In this document: piece by piece, positions 57,935 to 64,000 of the stretch
Position numbering within the stretch: the first letter of the stretch is position 1
Layout of the letters: each line of letters opens with the position of its first letter
Assembly (NCBI GenBank): GCA_039679675.1
Contig: JBDKUN010000021.1
Coordinates: 17,571-81,570 of the forward strand
DNA length: 64,000 bases
Source: Armatimonadota bacterium
Lineage (GTDB): Bacteria; Armatimonadota; UBA5829; DTLH01
Direction of reading: 5' to 3'
Notes under the pieces: generated by a model
Told to the model about the DNA's origin: nothing
Database searches by the model: none
What the model saw: only the letters and a program-made list of their open reading frames with translations
Position numbers and translations under genes: made by a program

Positions 57935-59137
57935 ATGAAGATGGCAAGTTCCTGGTCAACTGCGGCTGATGAAGAGTACGCAGTTAATGAAGCATTCAAC
58001 ACTCTGGCCAACCGGCTGGGGTCTTTACCTGATTATATTATGGTGTTCACGTCGGTTGCCTATGACAGCCGGAAGCTCATGGAAACACTGAAAAAGCTCG
58101 CCCCTGATGCACAAATCCACGGAGGGACTTCCTGTGTCGGCATAATAACCGAAGAAGGGCCTCGTTGCGATGGCGGCGAAGCTCTTGGACTGCTGGGAAT
58201 CTGTGATAAAGCAGGCAGTTATGGAGTGGGCGCTGCACCAAGAGGAGAAGACCCTTTTGCATCAGCAGCCGCAGCTGTAACGGAAGCACTTAGAGAGTCC
58301 GGCAGACCTGGAGAGATACCGGGGCTGGTCATCATGGTAGCTGCACCAGGCTATGAAGAGCTGCAGATACAGGGAATACAGGATATTGTCGGCCCTGACG
58401 TCCCCATAATCGGAGGCAGCTCCGCAGACGATGATTTCTCTAAGCCGAATCACCAGTTTGCTAACGGCCGGGTCTATGATGACGCACTGTCTGTGGCAGT
58501 GATGTTCCCCTCCGTGCCGGTAGGCTACACATTCTACAGCGGTTATACCCCGACCGAGCTCAGCGGAATAGTAACACGATGTGAAGGCAGAGTCCTCTAC
58601 GAAATAGACAACCGCCCTGCTGCTGTTGTATACCATGAATGGGTTAATGAGGCCATTCAAAGCTTCGCGTCATCCGGCGGTAATGTGTCGGATGCAACGG
58701 ACCTTTATCCATTTGGGAAAATAGTCGGCGATGCCGGCGGTATGCCGTATTACCGGCTGGTATATTCTATAAATCCGGAGATCATCAAAGAAGACAAATC
58801 GATGACCATGCTTGCGGATGTCAATGAAGGTGACAGGTTATACATGATGTATGGCACCAAAGAGAACCTGATCCCACGGGCCGGCAGAGCTGTACAGACG
58901 GCTATGGAGAGTAAATCATTGTCAGCTTCAGAAGTCAGCGGAGTCTTTCTGACATACTGCGCCGGTTATATGCTTGCTTTAAAGAATGAAATGTCTTCTG
59001 TAGTGGATGTAATAGATAACAACACCGGCGGAAAACCACTCCTCGGTGCATTTACTTATGGCGAGCAGGGCTGTTTCCGCGGTGGTGAAAACTGTCATGG
59101 AAACCTGATGGTCTCGACACTTGTATTCGGCAGATAG
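57935..59137 (+). CDS. FIST/FIST_C sensory protein (NosP-like), paralog 2
   Basis: Same motifs; tandem duplicate offset by 1232 bp. Confidence 0.9.
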   Translation: MKMASSWSTAADEEYAVNEAFNTLANRLGSLPDYIMVFTSVAYDSRKLMETLKKLAPDAQIHGGTSCVGIITEEGPRCDGGEALGLLGICDKAGSYGVGAAPRGEDPFASAAAAVTEALRESGRPGEIPGLVIMVAAPGYEELQIQGIQDIVGPDVPIIGGSSADDDFSKPNHQFANGRVYDDALSVAVMFPSVPVGYTFYSGYTPTELSGIVTRCEGRVLYEIDNRPAAVVYHEWVNEAIQSFASSGGNVSDATDLYPFGKIVGDAGGMPYYRLVYSINPEIIKEDKSMTMLADVNEGDRLYMMYGTKENLIPRAGRAVQTAMESKSLSASEVSGVFLTYCAGYMLALKNEMSSVVDVIDNNTGGKPLLGAFTYGEQGCFRGGENCHGNLMVSTLVFGR

Positions 59138-59158
59138 AAATCAATAGGTGAAAATGAG

Positions 59159-61219
59159 ATGAAAAGGGAAGAGGATCTGCGTGAAGCCCTGATAAATTTG
59201 GAAAGAACCAGAGACGCTGAGATGCAGCGGAGAAAAGAATCCGATTGCATACTGGAGGCGCTCATGGTCCTCTCTAAACCGCTCGATATCGGAGATATGT
59301 TTTCTAAGCTCCTATCGATATTGCGCAATATACTGTTCTATGAAGACGCCTTTGTGCTGGCTCTGCGGCCGAACGGGTTGCTCGTCCCTATCGCATCTAC
59401 ATCTCCACGATTCATGGAGACCGTATGGCAGCCCGGAACTGTGTTTGCCCGCGTACTGTCGGGCGATCCGGTGGCTGCGTTCGATAGCAGCCAGATACAG
59501 GAATGGAAAGCCCAGCCAGAGCAGATATGTGAAGGAGTAGCTTCCTCCCTGCATGTAGCTCTGCAGCAGGGCGAGCAGGCATTAGTTTTAGTTTGTGTCC
59601 ATTCACACCGCGCATTCTTCGGAAAACGTTGTCTCAACCTGGTGCAGCGGTTTGCGCCGCTGGTCTCCCACGCGATTCTCAATATCAAAGCACGAGAGGC
59701 AGCCGAATCAGCTAACCGGGCGAAAAGCGAATTTCTCGCCAACATGAGTCATGAGATCCGCACACCGATGAACGGTGTGCTGGGTATGACGGAACTGCTT
59801 CTGGACACTCATCTCACTATAGAACAGCAGGATTATCTATCGGTGGTCAAAGACTCTGCCGATTCTTTGCTCGCTGTTATCAACGATATTCTGGACTTCT
59901 CGAAGATAGAGGCAAGAAAGCTTGATCTGGAGTCGATTGACTTCAGCTTACCGCACACTCTGACTACTGCTGTCGCCGGTCTTTCTCTGCGGGCTCATGA
60001 AAAAAGTCTGACACTGATATCCGACCTGGACAACGATATACCCGAGTCTCTGGTCGGAGACCCCGCCCGGCTCAGGCAAATTATCGTCAACCTGGTGGGA
60101 AATGCCATCAAATTCACCAGCAAAGGCAAAATCGTGCTGCGGGTCCAGACCGAATCGATGGGAAAAGATGACGCGCTCCTGCATTTTTCCGTCTCCGATA
60201 CCGGTATCGGTATCTCTGAGGACAAACTGGGTGTTATTTTCGATGCGTTTTCTCAGGCGGATGGCTCGACCACACGTAAGTTTGGCGGCTCCGGCCTGGG
60301 GTTAACCATATCTTCCCAACTCGTAAAGATGATGGATGGGAAAATCTGGGTAGAGAGCAAACTCGGTGAGGGAAGCACTTTCCACTTTACGGCAAAATTT
60401 GGAAGGCAGGCTGCTAAGTCTCAGGAAGCACGGAAACCGCTTCCGGTCGGGCTGCACAACCCATCAATTGCATGCTGCAGGCCCCTCAAGGTACTGGTCG
60501 CGGAGGATAATTCGGTAAACCAGAAGCTCGCTGCAGCTATTCTTCAAAAGCATGGGCATACAGTTGTGACTGCATGCGATGGAAAATCGGCTTTGGAGGA
60601 ACTGGAAAAGGCTGAATTCGATATTGTTCTCATGGATGTCCAGATGCCTGTAATGGACGGGCTGAAAGCCACACAAACCATCAGGAAGCAAGAACAACTG
60701 ACCGAAAAGCATATCCCCATAGTCGCTATGACGGCCCATGCGATGACCGGAGACTCCGAACGGTGTCTGGCTGCCGGGATGGATGCCTATATTGCCAAGC
60801 CCATACATGCGAAAGAGCTTATTGATATGATCGAGTGCCTTTGTGAGAGAGTCCAGACACCTGGTACAGAAGATAGCGCTGTCGATATCGACACTGTAAT
60901 GGCTCATGTGGATGGAGACACGGACTTGCTCAGAGATATTATCGATCTCTTTATAGAAAGCTGCCCGGATTTACTCGCCGAGATCCACCATGCCATAGAG
61001 AATTATGACAGCCAGGGATTGGAGCATGCTGCGCATGCGCTGAAAGGCTCCGTCAGCACATTCACAAGCGGCCCTGCGTATCAGACTGCGCTTGGTTTGG
61101 AAATAACCGGCAGGAACGGCGATCTCAGCCAGGCAGGTGAGCTCTATAAAACATTATTGCACCAGATAAATAGCCTGAATTCCACCATTTCTGCACTGGA
61201 TTTGGATAAGGCTGCGTAA
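59159..61219 (+). CDS. Soluble hybrid histidine kinase (GAF-like, HisKA, HATPase, REC, Hpt)
   Basis: [49 protein letters not shown]; no TM segment. Confidence 0.93.
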   Translation: MKREEDLREALINLERTRDAEMQRRKESDCILEALMVLSKPLDIGDMFSKLLSILRNILFYEDAFVLALRPNGLLVPIASTSPRFMETVWQPGTVFARVLSGDPVAAFDSSQIQEWKAQPEQICEGVASSLHVALQQGEQALVLVCVHSHRAFFGKRCLNLVQRFAPLVSHAILNIKAREAAESANRAKSEFLANMSHEIRTPMNGVLGMTELLLDTHLTIEQQDYLSVVKDSADSLLAVINDILDFSKIEARKLDLESIDFSLPHTLTTAVAGLSLRAHEKSLTLISDLDNDIPESLVGDPARLRQIIVNLVGNAIKFTSKGKIVLRVQTESMGKDDALLHFSVSDTGIGISEDKLGVIFDAFSQADGSTTRKFGGSGLGLTISSQLVKMMDGKIWVESKLGEGSTFHFTAKFGRQAAKSQEARKPLPVGLHNPSIACCRPLKVLVAEDNSVNQKLAAAILQKHGHTVVTACDGKSALEELEKAEFDIVLMDVQMPVMDGLKATQTIRKQEQLTEKHIPIVAMTAHAMTGDSERCLAAGMDAYIAKPIHAKELIDMIECLCERVQTPGTEDSAVDIDTVMAHVDGDTDLLRDIIDLFIESCPDLLAEIHHAIENYDSQGLEHAAHALKGSVSTFTSGPAYQTALGLEITGRNGDLSQAGELYKTLLHQINSLNSTISALDLDKAA

Positions 61220-61251
61220 GGCCATATTGGATTCACATTCGGGAGACGCTG

Positions 61252-61632
61252 TCACCTTACGTTTGGTATGAAGTATTTAAACTCCTCACCCTTGAATACA
61301 AGCAGGCCTTCTGTCCCTTCATCACATTTGATATAGTCGGCCTCGGATACAGCAAATTCGTATTTACAGCCATTAACATCGAATGCTACCACATAATTAG
61401 AGCCTGTTATTACAATATCCCCGCCTTTATTACGTTTCAGGACTACCTTTGCTTCCACGCGCTTTACAGGGGACAGTTTGTTTCGTATAAGCCAACAGAT
61501 TACGTAGATTACAATTCCCGCAGCAACAACACCGGCTATAATGAAAATGGCAACCATATGATCGCCAAACGCCGCGGGATCATTAGTATCCCTGTAAGGA
61601 TCCCATAGCATCAATAAAGAGGCCAAATGCAT
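61252..61632 (-). CDS. DUF2500-like small membrane protein
   Basis: One TM, then SPVKRVEAKVVLKR..YVVAF..EFAV..EG.EG.L.FKG. Confidence 0.7.
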   Translation of the reverse strand: MHLASLLMLWDPYRDTNDPAAFGDHMVAIFIIAGVVAAGIVIYVICWLIRNKLSPVKRVEAKVVLKRNKGGDIVITGSNYVVAFDVNGCKYEFAVSEADYIKCDEGTEGLLVFKGEEFKYFIPNVR

Positions 61633-61759
61633 GCATTTTCTCCAAGAGTGAAAGATTGCTACAACACGGCGCCATTATACCACACCGGCAAACATCGCCT
61701 GAGAGACGTGTATATACATTTTCGCTCTCATGCGAAGCATACCTGCTTGAGATGGGTAT

Positions 61760-63856
61760 TTGTTAGAAAGAGAATGGAAGGAACAATCAGATCTCGGCTG
61801 TAAATTGAAAGCTATAGAAAAGATGCGTCACACCGGGCATCATGGACATAAAATGCATATGGGAGCGGAAGTCGGAGGGGTCGAGCACGCGCCGGAGGTC
61901 GGCGGGGAGCACGAAGCCCACTCTATGGAAGTCTTTCGCATCAGATTTTGGGTCTGCCTCGTCCTCACAATCCCCGTACTCATATATACTCACGACATAC
62001 AGATGTGGTTCCGGTTCACTCCTCCGGCATTTCCCAGCTCTGGTTACATCCCGTTCATTTTGGGGACGATAATCTACTTCTATGGCGGCTCAGCCTTTCT
62101 ACGCGGAGCGGTCGATGAGCTGAAAAGCCGCCAGATTGGGATGATGACACTAATCGCGATAGCAATCACCGTCGCGTTTCTGTACAGCCTGGCGGTGACG
62201 TTCGGATATAGAGGCATGCCGCTTTACTGGGAGCTTTCAACGCTTGTCACGGTGATGCTTCTCGGCCACTGGATGGAAATGCGTGCCGTCGGCAGCGCGC
62301 GTGGAGCGCTTTCGGAGCTTGTAAAACTAATGCCGGACGACGCCGAACGTATTTTAGAATCCGGCGCGGAGGTCGTGCCTGTAAGCGAGCTCAAAGTCGG
62401 CGATGTAGTCCTAATCCGGCCTGGCGGTAAGGCTCCGGCGGACGGCGAGGTCGTCCAGGGCGAAAGCCACATGAACGAAGCGATGATTACCGGCGAGTCC
62501 CGGCCTGTTCCCAAGAGCCCTGGCGACGAGATAATAGCCGGGACGGTAAACGGAGAAGGCGCGCTCCGTGTAAAAGTAACCCGGACAGGCGCGGACACGG
62601 CACTTTCACGGATTATGAGCCTGGTGGAGACCGCACAGCACTCCAGGTCTCACGCTCAGGACCTGGCAGACCGCGCGGCTTATTGGCTGACTCTTATCGC
62701 ACTCGCATCAGGCACAGCCACCTTTATAGTTTGGGCATTCATCGCCCCTACATTAGGGTTTGCATTCGAGCGGACTGTGACTGTGCTTGTAATAGCGTGC
62801 CCGCACGCGCTCGGACTGGCAATTCCGCTCGTAATAGCGATCTCGACGACTCTTGCAGCAAGAAACGGCCTACTTGTGCGGGAAAGGACAGCCCTCGAAC
62901 AGGCCAGAAGGCTGAACACGGTTGTTTTCGATAAAACAGGGACTCTGACCCTGGGCGAGCACGGCGTAACGGGAATCTACACAGCCGAGGGATATGACGA
63001 GTCCGAAATGCTGATGCTCATGGCAGCCGTCGAATCGAATTCGGAGCACGCGCTTGCCCGGGCGGTCGTGAATTCGGCAAAAGAGCGGGGCCTTGAAATT
63101 CCTGAAGCCGTTGGGTTCAAAGCACTGCCAGGGCGAGGCGTAGAAGCCACTGTCGATGATCGGACATTGAAGGTCGGAGGACCAAGGCTTATCGAATCGC
63201 TCTCGATAAACGTGCCTCCAGCGCTTGCTCGCGCAAAAGAGGCCGGTCAGACAGTAATCTATCTGGTGGAGGATGACCGCGCAGCCGCGGCGGTCACACT
63301 TGCCGATGTAGTCCGCCCGGAGTCCTACGAAGCCGTGAGAGCGCTTAAGGCTGAAGGGATAAACGTCATCATGCTGACCGGAGACAGCAAAGATGTCGCG
63401 CGCGAAGTGGCTAAAGAGCTTGGGATTGATGAATACTACGCTGAAATCCTCCCCGAAAACAAGGCCAAACTGATCCAGCAGTTAAGAGCCCGTGGAATGA
63501 GGGTTGCGATGGTCGGGGATGGGGTAAACGATGCACCCGCGCTCGTGACGGCTGATGTAGGGATAGCGATAGGAGCAGGCACAGATGTCGCAGTCGAAGC
63601 CGGAAGCATCGTGCTCGTTAGAAACGACCCAAGAGACATCGTTCGGATTATCCGGTTAAGCAAATCGAGCTACAAAAAGATGGTCGAAAACCTCGCCTGG
63701 GCGACCGGCTACAACGTAATCGCAATCCCCCTCGCCGCCGGAGTCGCCGCAAGCTACGGAATCATCCTCCCTCCGGCGGTAGGAGCGATACTCATGTCCG
63801 CAAGCACCGTCATCGTAGCACTGAACTCGCAGCTTTTGAGGAGATTGAAGCTGTAG
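61760..63856 (+). CDS. copB: P1B-type copper-translocating ATPase with His-rich N-terminus (CopB-like)
   Basis: TGES, CPH in TM6, DKTGT, GDGVND, YN and MSAS motifs. The start may be ATG 61823. Confidence 0.88.
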   Translation: MLEREWKEQSDLGCKLKAIEKMRHTGHHGHKMHMGAEVGGVEHAPEVGGEHEAHSMEVFRIRFWVCLVLTIPVLIYTHDIQMWFRFTPPAFPSSGYIPFILGTIIYFYGGSAFLRGAVDELKSRQIGMMTLIAIAITVAFLYSLAVTFGYRGMPLYWELSTLVTVMLLGHWMEMRAVGSARGALSELVKLMPDDAERILESGAEVVPVSELKVGDVVLIRPGGKAPADGEVVQGESHMNEAMITGESRPVPKSPGDEIIAGTVNGEGALRVKVTRTGADTALSRIMSLVETAQHSRSHAQDLADRAAYWLTLIALASGTATFIVWAFIAPTLGFAFERTVTVLVIACPHALGLAIPLVIAISTTLAARNGLLVRERTALEQARRLNTVVFDKTGTLTLGEHGVTGIYTAEGYDESEMLMLMAAVESNSEHALARAVVNSAKERGLEIPEAVGFKALPGRGVEATVDDRTLKVGGPRLIESLSINVPPALARAKEAGQTVIYLVEDDRAAAAVTLADVVRPESYEAVRALKAEGINVIMLTGDSKDVAREVAKELGIDEYYAEILPENKAKLIQQLRARGMRVAMVGDGVNDAPALVTADVGIAIGAGTDVAVEAGSIVLVRNDPRDIVRIIRLSKSSYKKMVENLAWATGYNVIAIPLAAGVAASYGIILPPAVGAILMSASTVIVALNSQLLRRLKL

Positions 63857-63876
63857 GAAGTGGTTGACACTAACTA

Positions 63877-64000
63877 ACGGATTTTGCTAGTTCAGACCGC
63901 ATAAGCGGCAATGCTCATGGGATCAACTCCGAGTATCTGATTAAAATAACGAGCAAGCGAGAAAGCCGTAGCTTTAGCTTGGACTCGTCTATAAAGCCCA
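63877..64000 (-). mobile_element. 3' end of a probable IS982-family element (transposase C-terminus 63892..>64000 plus terminal IR)
   Basis: Minus frame GLYRRVQAKATAFSLARYFNQILGVDPMSIAAYAV*; stop overlaps the end sequence ACGGATTTTGCTAGTT (AC...TGCTAGTT pattern of IS982-type IRs). Confidence 0.6.

Noticed and set aside
56703..59137. Diversity-generating retroelement TR/VR pair
   Set aside because: Both copies are full genes, differences are not adenine-specific, and there is no reverse transcriptase in the window.

Overview
Chromosomal bacterial window, about 50% GC. It is probably from an anaerobic, diderm Armatimonadota-like organism; this is inferred from the PEP-CTERM tail TPEPGSMLALGSGLVGLMGFAIRRRK, an LptD-like gene, a short RpoD, the Firmicutes-like remA-gmk-coaBC-metK-priA-def-fmt order and a corrinoid/activator pair. 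Housekeeping blocks (nfi, dapA, lysC, dnaG-rpoD, remA to fmt) alternate with envelope/secreted-protein genes, three CgeB-like glycosyltransferases, a FIST-FIST-hybrid kinase module, a CopB-type ATPase and, at the right edge, the end of an IS982-like element. No rRNA, tRNA or CRISPR array was seen. Most notable observations: (1) a co-transcribed pair of S41/CtpA proteases in which one copy has lost both catalytic residues; (2) a full-length GH94 phosphorylase homologue with a remodelled active site; (3) two tandem c-di-GMP-I riboswitches with no obvious adjacent gene; (4) a duplicated sigma54 promoter with three copies of a 13-15 bp box upstream of the PEP-CTERM gene, preceded by a promoter-driven, hairpin-rich non-coding region; (5) a family of TA-flanked ~65 bp MITEs, one form nested in a REP-like element, plus a palindromic repeat read in frame in the LptD-like signal region; (6) FIST paralogs that are near-identical apart from discrete divergent patches. 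All family assignments come from motif recognition by eye; no database search was run.
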